From assembly GCA_964016885.1 (NCBI GenBank), contig OZ024741.1, positions 135,036,001 through 135,100,000 on the forward strand: a DNA stretch of 64,000 nt, in the 5' to 3' direction. Of the stretch, positions 14,137-28,674 are shown one piece after another. The notes beneath the pieces are model-generated. The model ran no database searches. It saw nothing but the letters and a program-made list of their open reading frames with translations, and had not been told where the DNA came from. Position numbers and translations under genes: made by a program. This DNA is from Eledone cirrhosa (taxonomy: Eukaryota). Every line of letters begins with the position of its first letter. Within the stretch, counting starts at the first letter, position 1.

Positions 14137-16089
14137 TTTTGACGGCAAAATTACAGGCACCAGTAACACCGTCAACCTGAAATCGAGAGCCTACCCTCCT
14201 AAGATAACTGAACTTGCTTCTTTCGAGGCGGACCTTCTTGACTTAGTCGCTAATATTTCCTTTCGCAAACACCCTAACACCTTTCAAACTAAACTTAGAA
14301 ACGATATTATGAAATTTAGGTCTTCTAATAACACTTTCGTTCTTTCCGACAAAACTAACAATATTTACGAAGTCGACAACACCACTTACAGCCACTTGGC
14401 CCATAACGCTATTACTTCCAAATATAAGAAAGCTAACCCTATTGCCTACCACGACATTAATACAGAAGCTAAAGAACTTGCCGCCGCCCTTAAGGTAGAT
14501 AAGAAGCTACAATCTCTAGCTAAGAAGTTCCTCACCCTGAAAGACCACAAGGTAGACTTTACTTCTAACCCCACATGTAGACTACTAAACCCGGCACGCA
14601 CAGATATGGGACTAGTCAGTAAGGCCATACTTAGAAACATAGTTAAGACCATTAGGACCAAGTCCAACCTGTACCAGTTGAGAACAGCGACTCCGTAATT
14701 AAGTGGTTTAACTCCTGCAAATCCAAAGAAGCGAAGTTCACACAGTTTGACATTGTTGATTTTTACCCGTCGATCTCAGAGACCCTGTTAAACAAAGCGT
14801 TGGATTTCGCTACCACTTATACCACCGTCGATGGTTTAGACAGGAAAATCATCGCTCACTGCTGGAAAACCCTCCTCTTCAACAACGGAGTAGCCTGGGT
14901 AAAAAATCAACCCATTCGACGTCTCCATGGGATCGTTTGACAGTGCTGACGTATGTGACTTGGTTGGCCTATTTATTTTAGACATATTACGTGTTAGATT
15001 CCCGGACTTCCACACGGGAATATACCGCGACGATGGACTGACTCTATCGAGCCATAATAGTGGTCACGACCTCGACCGGTTTAAAAAAGACTTAGCTTCT
15101 ACCTTCAATGAGTTAGGACTTAGGATAACAGTAGCTACCAATCTCTCTAGCGTAGATTTCTTAGACATTAATTTAGACCTTCGCACACACACCTCCCACA
15201 AGCTTAAAGAAAAACTCAATTACATTCACAAGGACTCATGCCACCCTCCCACTGTTTTTAGAAACTTCGTAAATAATATCAGTACTAGAATCTCAAACCT
15301 CTCCTCTAATAAGGCTATCTTTGACAGAGCGGCACCCTACTATAACACGGCGCTAGCTAACAGCGGCTTCTCGCAACCTATCACTTACTCTCCCACTAAC
15401 AACAACAGCAATAAGAAAAGAAAGCGTAACAATAGACAAACTATCTGGTTCTCTCCTCCCTTCTCACTCAACGTTAAAGCCAATGTAGGATAAACATTTC
15501 TAGCCCTTTTAGATAGACACTTTCCCATAGGCCATAAATACCGCTCCATCTTTAACCGACACAAAGTAAAACTAGGATACTCCTGCGCTAAGAACATGAA
15601 GACCCACATCACCAACAGCCCTAAGAGCAACGCCCCACCAGGGTGCTCTTGCCGTAAGCCCGAAGCTTGTCCCCTTCAACAGCAATGCAACACACCCGCT
15701 GTAGTTTATGAAGCTGTGGTCACTTCCAACCGACCAAATCAACCACAGGAGGTCAAATCCTATGTGGGTATGGCGGAGGGCCGATGTAAGGAACGCTTCC
15801 TTAACCATCAGTCGACCTTTAGGTACCCGGACAGACGTTCATCCACGAAACTCGCGAGCCACGTATGGTCCCTCAAAGACTCAAGTATAGACTATTCCAT
15901 TCGAAAGCCATCACTAACTCCAAGCCATACGCAAGGGTCAATCCGTCGTGTGGACTATGTATTGATGAACGAATAAATATTCTAAAGAGATTACGCAATA
16001 GTGATTTCATAAACTCAAGACATGAATTCTTCACACGTTGTCCACACGTCTGGAAACACCTCTTACATAACTACAAAACCCCGGATTGA
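14137..16089 (+). pseudogene. Disrupted Penelope RT-endonuclease ORF (frameshifts near 14690, 14910 and 15900; in-frame TAA at 15491-15493)
   Basis: ORF pieces 14309-14698, 14927-15493, 15596-15976 and 15865-16089 join into one PLE polyprotein. Confidence 0.9.
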
Positions 16090-16251
16090 ATTGCAACAAC
16101 ATCTTAATTTTCTTAACAACTAGAAACTTTCGGACTTTCGCAGTTATCTCCCTTACACCTCTCGCACGCAATTTAGTATTGCCTGTGTGAAGGGATCGTT
16201 TCTGCGCATACGCGTTCGTACGATTGTCTTTCCTGTTCCGTATAACCATGT

Positions 16252-16300
16252 CCATTACGAGCTGAAGATCCACTAAGAGAAACAATTGTTCTCGGTATGG
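16252..16300 (+). ncRNA. Minimal type I hammerhead ribozyme in the PLE 3' end (stem II slightly mutated)
   Basis: cgag-CTGAAGA-tccactaaga-GAAA-caattg-TT-ctcg. Confidence 0.8.
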
Positions 16301-16349
16301 TGAACTAACTGTTGTGTAACCACTTCTATATATATATATATATATATAT

Positions 16350-17021
16350 TTCCAGATATTTAGGTATGACTATCTTTATTTATTTTTTATATGAAAATAT
16401 TGATTGTCTCTTCCTGTATCTCATGTCTGGTTCTTTGCCTGAGAAAATATTTCTATGTATGCTTGAATAGTTTGTACATATATTTATTTTTTTAATATCC
16501 AGTTGAGTTCATAACACGAGGTTTGGATTCCTAACAGGGTTCAATGACCTGCGTGTATGTTATTTTATTTTGTACGATAACCTTCCCTTCTCATTTGGGG
16601 ATAGTGTGAGATTTTTTTTAAAGGACTGCTGGACTTTCAAACTTAGCAACTCTATCTAGCACTGACGCTGGATTTTAATGTTGATGTAGCTGTTAATATT
16701 AATATTACTTTGGTATTCTACTGAAGAGTTATAAGATCCCACTTATACGGGAATCTGTTGATCTTATGCAAGCTTCTACATAACTTGGACACTTTTCTCC
16801 CACTTCGTAGAAATCTTATAATGAAACGATCGTATGGAGAATGAGATTTATTTAATTATGTCTCATATAAAATAATACAGCCGATTATCCACACAATACA
16901 ATATAGTTAGCACCCCAAACGTATAATTGGGAATATACGTAGGTATTTTCTAATGTTTGTTGAGTGAGTTGGAAGTTGGTCGGAGTATCATCGCTAATGG
17001 CTTTCTCTGTTAATGTATTAA

Positions 17022-17022
<1 letters not shown>
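16350..17022 (+). mobile_element. Non-coding HHR-bearing element, family A copy 2, directly after the PLE (TA)n tail
   Basis: Homologous to 6490-7120; (TA)n on both sides. Confidence 0.8.
16717..16838 (+). ncRNA. Type I hammerhead motif with 95-nt stem II
   Basis: tcta-CTGAAGA-gttataagat...atcttataat-GAAA-cgatcg-TA-tgga. Confidence 0.78.
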
Positions 17023-17062
<40 letters not shown>

Positions 17063-20000
17063 AATATATTATATATATATATATATATATGTGTACACAT
17101 ATATATATACAAATATATTATATATATATATATATATTATATATATACTTCTGTAGTTGGTCAACCTGAAGCGATAGCAAAAGTCACTTGCTGAAGTGAC
17201 CTGAACCAAGGACCACATGGCTGCAAAGCGAAAACGTTAACAACACACTCCTGCATATCCGTATTCATAAATTTAATTAATTTTCATAAATATCCACTTA
17301 AATAGCAACTGTTTCATTATTCTATCACATTTGATTCTCTGGTGATGTAGATGTTTTTGTTCCCAGTTAAGAACCGAAATCATGTCCCCCAAATGTAGTT
17401 GAAATTTATTCTAATATTTACGTTTACAAAAATAAAAAAATACAACCTGTTCGGCCGACTTGATTGTTCCGTGGTAACCGTACAACTGACGTGCAGTGCA
17501 ATGACCTACCTACCCACGAAACCTTGTGGAAGAAAATTATGGCCGTTCTCTAGTTCACCGTCAATGGAAGATTAACTGTTAATTGTTATTGAAGATAGCG
17601 GGTTTGGCTTTTACACCTACCCCCCTTCCTCTAATTACTGAATTCTTGCACTTAATACAGCTTCCTGCCTTCCATCACTCGTGAACACGGCCCCGAGATA
17701 CTTCTGTACCTGCTTCAGTGGAAGCGCAGGCTTCCTTGAGAGGACAAGTTTTCACAGCACTGATTTTTATTTGCAGCACTCGGCATCAAACCTATCGAGT
17801 GCAAGTTGGAGATCATCTTCTGTCGACTTAAGTAAGACCATGTAGACCTCGTCAAATCGGACCAAGGAAACAATGTTTCCATTGGTATTTCCATTGCTGA
17901 TACTATTTACCGATCACAACTCCTGGTTGGAAGAGCAACGTGAAATAAAGTGTCTTGCTTAAGCACACAGCGCGTCACCCGGTCCGAGAATTGAACTCGC
18001 AACCTCACGATTGCGAATCTAACTCGCTAACCACAAAACCAAGCCTTCGCGTATACATATATACATACACACATATATGTATGTGTATATATGTATTTGT
18101 GTATGTGTATTGTTATATAGTGATCTATATTTAATACTTGTTTATATCCATTTTTAATTATCTATCCGATTGTCTCCCTCTATCTAGCCATTGCTTTCGC
18201 TCACAGTATATAGTCACACTCACACACACGCACACACACGCACACACATGCACACACACGCATGCACACACAATTCATACTTGCATAGCGAATTAGGAGT
18301 AGCATTCATATTTTGGGAAAATTATTCATTTTTGATATATAATTAATGGGATAAAGATATTTACAAAATATAAAAAAGTCCTCCGCCTTTGATATTGTAA
18401 CTTTAAAGTTACGGATTAGATATCGTAATACAAATTAGGTAGACACATGAAATTCTAAACATATATCACATTAAATACTCTGTAACGCCCATTAAAATAA
18501 TTCTATAAATGTTTACAATCTTAAATGTTGTCATTCCACGCGAATTAAAGATTATACGTAGTCCGCAGAGAATTACCTCAGTAATTTACCCCCAGCTTTC
18601 TGCGCTCTGATTTAAAATGCCGCTAAATTCCACTTTGTCTTTCCTCTTCCCGAAATCAATAAAGTATCACATACGTACAGGAGTCGATATAATTGACTTT
18701 CTCCAAATTGTGGGCCATGTGCCTAAATTAGAAATCATATTATTAGGCGACGAATTGGCAGTCGCTTGAGTGTTGGAGTAAAAGTCTCGCTATTTGTTCT
18801 GGCTGTGCACGATGTGTGCATTCTAAGTTGGAATACCACCTCCTCCTGTCAGGTGTTGTGATCGGCAGATAGTATCAACAATGGAGAGAACAATTGAATC
18901 ATTGTTTCCTAGGTGCGATTTAATGATCAGCCTCTTTTAAAGGTATGTTAAACGGACAGACAGTATAGGCAATGGAAAGACCAACGGAAAGAAAGTTTTC
19001 TTAGTCTTATCTAAGGATCAGTTCCTTTCTTTTAAATATATTTAAAGTATATTAAAGAGCCAGATGGCATCGATAATGAAAAAGCTAATGAAAACATTGT
19101 TTCTTTGGTTTGATCTGACAACCAGTTCCTTTTATTTTCCGTGTAGTTGATTATTAAAATACAAGTGTTTTTAATACGTCACTTACAACTTAGTCGCGAA
19201 TGTCAGAATGTTTTATGCTTACTATGATGGATTCTCCGTCGACTTCGATGACGAGCATCTAATTGTTGAATTAAGTGAACATCCAACTCATGAATTACCG
19301 TGTGAGTGGTTGAGTATTTCCCAGACACGAATACCTTTAACGCAATTCCAAAGCCGAATCAGCTGGAGACAATGTGTCAAGGTTGTATCTTTGAATTACT
19401 TGAATTACTTGTACAACGGACTTCTAAACAGTTTCCGACTACCAAATTTTACTCGGAAGACTTTAATGAATCCGAGGCTATGGAAAAGATACTTGTTCAA
19501 GTGGCTGAGCATTCCATATGTGTTCCCTAATTGTAATTTCCTGGGAGGTCCTTTGAATTAAAAGTACAGTTCATCTTGTATTTAGTGCAAATTCCACTGA
19601 CACGCGTGTCCTTAACTTAGTACTCAGGGAGATTCAGCACGAAAAGAAATTACAGGTAATTCATTTTTCCCCAGCTGAGTCAAGCGTAGCAAGTGAAATA
19701 AAAGATACAACACAACTCCAGGAATCGAACTCATAACCCTCTTACCGTGAACTGAACATCTTAACTACTAAGCCACGCCTCTTCACAGTGACCGCACATA
19801 CGTTAATAAGGTCAGACGTAAACAAACATAACTAAACAGATAAATAGTTAGACTAACTGTAAGCATTAGACAGACTCTAATCGAATTTGTCGCATGATTG
19901 ATCTCAACTAAAATGACATCAGTTCCCAGTTCACCTCAAATTAATCAAAGATTTAACACCAATTGATTTTAATGGAGGGGGATGGGGGGGGGGGGATCCT

Positions 20001-20208
20001 TTTATTTTTTTTGATTTAAAAAAAACGAACTTTTATGCTTGGATTGAATATAACCATTAACTCTGATAAGACAATGGCGAAGAAAACATTTACAAAATAT
20101 GTTTAGAAATATGTACGTAGGAATGTGTATATGTGCGTATATGTGTGTGTATTTGTATATATGTACGTATATGTGTATGTACGTGTGTCTGCATGTTTTG
20201 AGTGTATA

Positions 20209-20269
<61 letters not shown>

Positions 20270-20359
20270 TCAAAACATGCATACAAACGTACACACACAC
20301 ATATTTATATATATATATATGTGCGTGTGTGTGCGTTTGTATGCATGTTTTGAGTGTAT

Positions 20360-20401
<42 letters not shown>

Positions 20402-23400
20402 TTGTGTCTGTGTGTGTGTCAAAATAATACGAGATACAACAAATGATAATAATAATACAAACATGCATCAATAATAATAATTGTTTCTACTTTTTGGCAC
20501 AAGGCCACCAATTATCCCAGTGTATTACTGGTACTTTATTTTATCGACCCCGTAAGGATGAAAGGCAAAGTTAACCTCGGCGGGATTTGAACTCAGTTCG
20601 TAAAGGGACGTAAGTGTGCTAATAATAATAATATTCACAATTGTGAATTCACTCTTTTACTAATATAAATATTGATTGGTATTTACATTAGTAGTGAAAA
20701 CAAGAAATACTTATTGGGTGTGCAGCTTGCACCTCTTTGTTATCTGGCTAAGTAAACATAGTACGAATATATACATACTAGTTTGTGAACCTGATTTCAA
20801 GTTATTATAGAACCTCGAATGTGTTGCCATAGCGAATTGTGCACACTTGAAACAACATGGCGAAATTTATTGACTGTATATATTTACTGCAGATTGCGAT
20901 AAAGCTAACAGGGAATCGATATATTTCGATTTATTTCCGCGTCATACCTTTAAGTAATTATAACACCAGACATTTTTTTAAATCTATGATTTATTTACAA
21001 CGTTGATGAATTAAGTGCATAAAAAACTCCTGAAGAAACGACAAAATCTATCAGTTTTATTTGATCTGGTAATAAGATATCAAATTGCGCATTTACTTTA
21101 TATAGAAGGTCATATTTATATACCACTAGTTACCCTTGAGATTGGTTAACGAGCCTAAATGAAGAGGGCTCAGCGTTGGGATTATACCTTATATCCATAC
21201 TTATAGACTCTTCCCGCTCTTCGAATCGTGTATACTCTTGATACCGCTTGTTTATAGATATATCAAGTGCACCCAAACCAAATTATTACCTGTTAAAAAA
21301 CTGATTTTGATTTCAAATCCCACACAGCTTTACTATTTTATCCCATGTGGATCAATAATTTTGTACTGGAGTCATTCGATCGACAATACTTCTCAAATTT
21401 GTGGTCTGTGATAACATTTAAAGCACACATACATTAAGTATATTCAAACAAAACACGTGTTAAAACGTATTAGGAATCAAAAATCCTTGACTGTTCATGT
21501 GTTTTGAGATGCATAAATTAAATACCAGTAATATATTAACATAACTTCACACGTTTATCCTTATTTATCTTGTAAATGTTGACCTTTAAATGAAACAAAT
21601 ATGGTTATAATTGGTTTGGGAATGTTGGTACAATGCAAAGTAGAAATACAAGAGTAAAAATTAGAGTTGCGTGAAGACAGAAAATCAAAACAACAGTACA
21701 TTTTTACCTTATATTTCATGATATTTAGAGATTAGGACCTGCGAAATATGAAATATAATGTTAAATGTTTTGGTTTATTTCCTTACATTAGTTGTCATAC
21801 TTGTATTTCTAAGACTTTCCCTAAATCAATCCTAACCACATGTTCAACAATGCTTCATATTGAATTATATGTTAAAAGCATAATAAAATGTGAAGTCTTA
21901 GTAATAGTTTATTTTCGTTTCAATCAAGATATCTTTTAAATCGTATCATTCACCAAACTTAATAGGATTATTTTAGGAAATTGGGAGCGGGAGATGTGAT
22001 GTTTATCCCCTTCCCAAACACATTAACAAGATAACGGACGCAACTACAAAGATTATAAACTTCGTAACTTACCTAGTTTGGTTTACTATGTTATGGTGTT
22101 TATCAATTTTATTAAATCTAGTTAAAACCCTATAAACTATTGTAAAATTAACTATCTTAAACTGAAAATGTTTTTAAAAATAGACAATATCAATATCCTG
22201 TACTGCACGAAGCCATATTAGCACGATAAGATACCACTGTATCAAGAAGTATTGTTGATTTTACTCTAATACTGCAAAATGTTACAACAATCTGTCCAGT
22301 AGTAGGATACTGTAAACATTTAAATTATCAAACCCGTTTTTAGATATTTTCTGCTAATGTTAAGAGTTGATAATTAGATTTTTGTTTGAGTATTTTTGAA
22401 GTCTCCGCACAATATTTATTATTAATTTAATGATTAGTCGTCCAATAATGAGAACTAGTCAGGTGTTTGCCTTCTATTAATGAGATTCATTCAGGTGTTT
22501 GATCCTCAACTAGTAGGTAGCAGGTAACTCTATCAATAAGGAAGCTATGTATTTGTTTTTATTTTATGAGTGAAAAGTAGCAATAGAATCAACATTAGAA
22601 AATATAATTGATTGTCTATTGTAATGGATAAAAGTACACAGAAAAAGGTTGATCTGGTTAGCTAGTAAAATAACAGAAGCATTGTTCTGCAGTTCTACAT
22701 GTATAACGTCGGCAAACAGCCAATCAGAAAAGTTGAATGAGAAAACAGAAAATGTTTCATCTGGTAGGACCACACTCATCGACGAAGCACAAACCTATAA
22801 CAATTAATTGCAGTTGAATGCAAAATAGTGAAGTATATGTAAGTTACGTGTCGAGAGTGGTAGTTTTATAATAAGCTGTGTATAGTTTCGTGTCCTGTTG
22901 TGTCATGTTCCATGGTGAGGTACTTTACACGGCCGAGGGAATCCTTTAGGGGCTAAAATCGATGTAAAACAGTTGAATGACTTACTGTTCAATAATCCAT
23001 ATTATTTGATCGGAAACGTCGATAACACACACACGCACGATTCTTTTCATCTACGTTAATGCAAAAATGCCTATGTTTAGAATAGCCTTATCTCCTGACG
23101 CGCACAATAAAAAATATACCAGTGTGAAAATATCAAGGATTAAAATATGAATTGATCTGGAAAATAAAATCTTTCTAATATAAAAATAACAATAAGTTCA
23201 CCAGCTTCATACTCAGATCAGATATAACCAATATTAACGTTTTAAGTGTTCACTCCAGTTAATGTTTTTATGTTTTAGTACTATAGTATTGAGTGAAAAC
23301 GTGTGGCCTAGTGGTAAGGGTGCTCGATTCCCGGTGGTGTGTCGTATACTTCAGCAAGATACAATTTTAATTTGTTCCAATCCACTCAGCTTGAAAAGAA

Positions 23401-24446
23401 TTACTTGTACCTGTAATTCAAAGAGTCATCTTTATCCTACATTGTCATACTGAATCTTCGAAAACTCTTACCACTAAGCCTCACGTTTTACCCAATACTT
23501 GAAACATTCAAACATTTAAACGTGTAGGTAGACTGTAAACAGAATAGCATTCCGTTGAAGAACAAACGAGAACCACTATTAAAATAATAAATCGGGTACT
23601 TAATATTTCATTTAGAAGTGACTTCTAAATGAAGTGTGTATGTCTGTGTATATGTATGTATATGGGTTGTGACTAGTTGTCACATATGTGTATATATGCA
23701 TACATATGTATCAATATATGCATAAGTGCATGTATTTTTACAGATAAGTATGTATACGCGCGTATATGTGTACATATATATTTGTATACGTGTATGTTTA
23801 TATAAGTGTGTGTATATGTATATCTATAAGACGCCGACATCATTCATAAATAAAAAAAAAACGAATCTAATTGCATTAGATTAGTTTGATAACCTAGTTT
23901 TGTTAAAATGATAAAAAATTTGATAAATAGATATATATGGAAGATATCAAGGATGATTCCACCACCTTACATAGCTTAATGTTTAAGATGTTCGGCTAAC
24001 AAGCTTAATGTCATGCTGTGTCCTCGAGTAAGGCAATTTTTTCAGGATGCTTCAGCCCACTCAAACGGTCAGCATTATTTCATATTGTAGGGCGGTGGAT
24101 TAGCAGTATCGGTAGAGCGTCAGACACCACAGAGTTATGGCCATTTACGTTCTGAGTTAAAATCTCGCCGAGGTTAGCTTTGCCTTTCATCCTTACGGGG
24201 TCGATAAAATAAAGCACCAGTAATTGCTGGCATTGTGCCAAAAGTAGAAACAATTATTACATATAGTGTCACGATGAATGTCCACGAGAACTACGTTATG
24301 AGTACACACGTCTGTGAAAGGCTCAGCCACTTGCACGTGTATTTCACGAGCACATTGTTCAAAGTGGAGCATTCCTCGCTGGCACTGACAGAGATCTAGC
24401 ACTCATATTTTGTCAACTATGCTTGTATTTTATAAAATAATAGTTC

Positions 24447-24678
24447 AGTCCACTCTTTGTAGTCTATCAGTTGATATTTCACAGTTATCTTCTCTTTGAA
24501 GTCCACCAGTGGATATTTCACAGTTATCTTCTCCCTGTAGGCCACCAGTTGACATTTCAGTTATCTTCTCTTTGTAGTCCAGCAGCTGATATTTCACAGT
24601 TATCTTCTCTTTGTAGTCCACCAGTTGTGATGTCACAGTTATCTTCTCTTTGTAGTCCACCAGTCGATATTTGTAGTC
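24447..24678. repeat. 39-bp minisatellite, ~5.5 copies
   Basis: Unit agtccaccagttgatatttcacagttatcttctctttgt. Confidence 0.9.
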
Positions 24679-27600
24679 GAATAACATGACTTCATAGCCA
24701 TCGTTCAATTTTTTCCTCCCCGTTTATTTCACATAATGATTTAAAAAAAAATGTTATATGTAATTTCGTTAATATATTATTGTTAGTTTTTCTTCATCGC
24801 GAGCTGGTTTCGCTCAGTTAATGTATATCAGGGCTGCGATGTTTTTACTACCGGCAGAGCTATTGCATTTGTTCACCTTGAAATCTTCTGTAGAACAGTG
24901 ATTCCCAATCTGGTACACACGCGTACACATTTGGGCATGTTTGCCATCAGTATCTCTATTGAAAGATATAGAATTCGTAGCCTATATCACTAGTCTGTTA
25001 TTTCACAGCCAAAATAACGTCAGGTCAACTGCAAACATGCGTTGTAAAACTGGAAGGACCTCCGAGAAGAAACTTGATTTGAATCGTTGATTCGGCTTAC
25101 AACAGTACGAAACCTCATAAATATAGTTTCTTCATTTATTTCTTTTCATTATATCATTGCATTTAAGGGCGATAGATTGGTAGTAATCGCTAGAGCATCG
25201 GACAACATGCTTTGTGGCATATAGTAACGTCCTTTTTTGTTCTGAGTTCAAATCCTGCCGATGTTAGCTCTTCCTTTCACCCTTATGGGGTCAATATAAT
25301 AAAGTACCAGTTATGCACTGGGATCGATTTAATCAACTTTCCCCTCTCACAAAATTGTAGGCTTTTTGCCTAAATCAGAAACCATTTTAGGATCTGATCT
25401 CTCCATCTACCATTAGAGTGTTCTCGGGTTCTTTTTCTAGACATATTTTAGCGAGACCTCAAGTTGAACGTTTGGTAAACAGTTTGAGAGAGAGTTTTTT
25501 TTATTTGATTAAAAATTAGTTATCATTCCTTCTGTGTCTGTTTGGTGTTAACCGCTAATAAATCTCAACATGGTTTGAAATTTCGTTGACCACAAAAATA
25601 AACACACAGAAGAGAGGGAGAACAGAGAATGAGGGGGGAGGGAGAGATAGGGCTGAGAGAGAGCACAGAAATTGAGAATGAATTTACATTAATAGAAAAT
25701 AAAATAAAAGCAAGATTAGGTTAGTTGGAAGAACATATATGTTCTGATATTTTTATATGTACTTAATAATGGTTGTCTGATATCAACACATAGTATAGTA
25801 AACAGTATGATATACGTTATTTCAAAAGAAAGAAATCTCCTACTAGTTAAAATAATGATCGTCTGTTTAGGAGACCGAGATTATCGGCGAAGTATATCTC
25901 ATATTGTTTACAAAGATGTTTATAGGCCTGTCAACTTGGATATTTACAAATTATTTTGATGTTCTTATATAATAAAAATGAAACATCTCAATAATAATAA
26001 ATGTCAAGAATATCTAAGCTTCTTCTCTTAATAATCAACGGATTGTGTTCGTTGATTACGATTAGAAAATCAACCAGCGATTTCTTGTGATTTCTTGCCG
26101 TTAATCAAGATTTGTCAGTCATACTCAAATATAAATTCAGATTCAAAGTAAGCCAGTATGAATTATAATATGCGGATTGGTAATACAAAGGAAAGGATTA
26201 AAATAAAGATAAGTTCTTGAATTATCTATATAATTATCTAAATGCTTATCTGGCAGATTTGATGTAAGGCATCGTATAATTTTCTTATGATATTGATAAA
26301 GTGAAATGCTCTTATGGAATTGCTATTTACTTAGATCGGAAAAAAATCAGAGACACACGTATTCATATGTGCGTATGTGTATTTATATAGACACAAAATA
26401 ATCTTAAAAGAATCGATCATTTGTGAAGTGATAAATAATTCCAACCTATCAACAAAATCCGGAAACCGTTATTAGATTAAGAGGTGTGTAGAAATATCAT
26501 TTATCCCACAATCATCGATTGATTGTTATAAAGTTATCAATGAACCAGCAATCGGTTTTGCCTATTTCACCAAAGGGCAAAATTGAAAGCCGTGGTGTGT
26601 ATTATGTTCCCAGAGTTTTAATAATGTAGCCGACGAGTGTAGTTATAACCAAGACAAACCTAGCTTTTGACACTTCCTGCTCTGGCAACACTATGAAAAT
26701 AGCGTGACAGGTCATAAACCATACGACCTTCTCTACCACTTTGGATATTTCAACAATGCTGCCGCACGTTAAAGATGTTTCGGGAAATATTTATTGATCA
26801 CAGGAAATTATTAGATTAGGTTCAGAAATGCGTTTATTCTGTAAATCAAATTGCACTGAATATCTTGTATATAAATGAATATATAATTGTGAAAACCTTG
26901 TGTTGAATAACAGCGCATGACCTTGTTAATTATGAAAACCCTGTGTTGACCCAACAATGTTAACTGGGATTAGTGAAACCATTAAAGATAACATTAATAT
27001 TTTGTGTAAAAGATGTTGTATGCTGCGACTAATTTATAATATAATTCCGAGAATTTCGTGTGAATTTTAAATGTTTTAAAAATTGCTTTTAATCAGAAAT
27101 GTTGCATTAGATAGAAAGGTGTTTCAATATTGATATGGTTTCTAAATGTTTAAAAGCAACAACCAAAACAAAACAAACAAAAAAGAAAATAGTTTGTAAA
27201 CTTGAAAAAAAATACTTCATTGATAAGTGAATTTCCGTTTTAAATTGAAAATATAACGTTTCGTCTATAATCAATCATTTTGGGGAAAAAACAACAAAAA
27301 ACAAAATCCTGTGTGAATACGTATAAATGACATTTGGCAAATACGTCAAAGAAGACTAGAAAGAAAGTTAAGATATCACGTAATTAGAAGAAATTAAGGT
27401 TTTATAACACCTGAATCCTACTATATACGAACATTCAATCAAGACATCCTCCTGTACGTGCCACAGAAAGAATAAATAAATGGTTATGTTACCTGTTAAA
27501 AATAGCAGATAAAATATCCCCACTAAATTCTACCTAACCATCTTTGGATGGTAGGTTCAATCTGTCGTTCTGTGAGTATTTTTCAGTGGAGTTTATTCAG

Positions 27601-27870
27601 TTGCCAATATTCGAACCAGGTCTGTGGATTGAAAATTTCTCGAAAACATTATTTCACTAATTATGGAAGCACCGAAATAATAACAAAACTGAAAGACTCA
27701 TTTGTTGGTGTAATTTTAGATTTACAATATGCCATAAAAATGAGAGACAACGACTTTGTTACTAGTTAAGATTAATAAAAGGATAATGTAGTTCTAGATA
27801 ATATGCCATAAATATGACGAGATGCGACGACTTTACCCCTGGTTAAGCTTGATCAACTGATAACATACAT

Positions 27871-27908
<38 letters not shown>

Positions 27909-28474
27909 CCCGTAACTCCCGAGGGAGAGGGTCGTACGGCCGCCATATTGACAATCGGCGTTTCTAAGGCATTTTCAAACCTAGCGTAGCCCATCTCCTC
28001 TCCAGGTCTTAATACAGCAGATTTCTTCCAGAGAAGGAAAGAAAGTGAGAGGAAGTATCGACCACAGCACTAGCCTGATCCTTTTTTTATCGACCTTAAA
28101 TGGATGAAAGGTTAGATTTGAACTCGGAGCAGAGAGTCGAAATAAATACCGCAAATAGTTCTATGCGACGCTTTAACGATTCTGCCAGTTCGCTGCCCAA
28201 GTTCTAGATATACTATATGTCATAAAAATCAAATGAGATATGACGACTTTATATTTAGCTAAGTTTTATCGAGGGGTAATTTAGTTCTAGATATACGATA
28301 TACCAGAAAGAGTTTTGAATACTACAAGTTCTAGATCTGCTTGATTAAATCTGGCCCGAGGCGAAACAGCAGCAACACAAATGCATTGTATTCTGGTCTT
28401 TTGTAAATTAACACCTGTCTCATGACTTACATATTTGTTAAGAGCTGGTGTGAGCAATATTAATTGTACAATCC

Positions 28475-28635
28475 ATTGTCAACTTCTGCTCTGGTGAGGC
28501 CTCCGCGATGTCTATCAACATATATATATATATATATATATAAAATCACACTATGCAATCAAAGATCTATCGGCTGATGTGCTGATGTTTACGTTGTTGA
28601 TAGACATCGCGGAGGCCTCACCAGAGCAGAAGTTG

Positions 28636-28640
<5 letters not shown>
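28475..28640. repeat. 46-bp perfect inverted repeat with TA-containing spacer, ending in (TA)n
   Basis: Arms 28475-28520 and 28595-28640. Confidence 0.9.

Positions 28641-28674
<34 letters not shown>

Larger units (their letters stand above)
13146..16328 (+). mobile_element. Penelope-like retroelement (C-terminal GIY-YIG, Hydra-clade-like) preceded by an inverted copy of its own 3' ~920 bp
   Basis: RT motifs FDIVDFYPSI, MGSFDSADVCDLVG and GIYRDDG; linker CSCRKPEACPLQQQC; GIY-YIG-like VVYEAVV..SYVGMAEGRCKERFLNH; C-terminal NSRHEFFTRCPH. Arm 13146-14066 is the reverse complement of 15410-16328. The 3' end runs into (TA)n. Confidence 0.93.

Noticed and set aside
24445-24708. ORF with 13-aa repeats (LVDYKEKITVKYQ); possible CRISPR-like array
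   Set aside because: A 39-bp minisatellite with no unique spacers; a 2-bp deletion in one unit shifts the repeat frame
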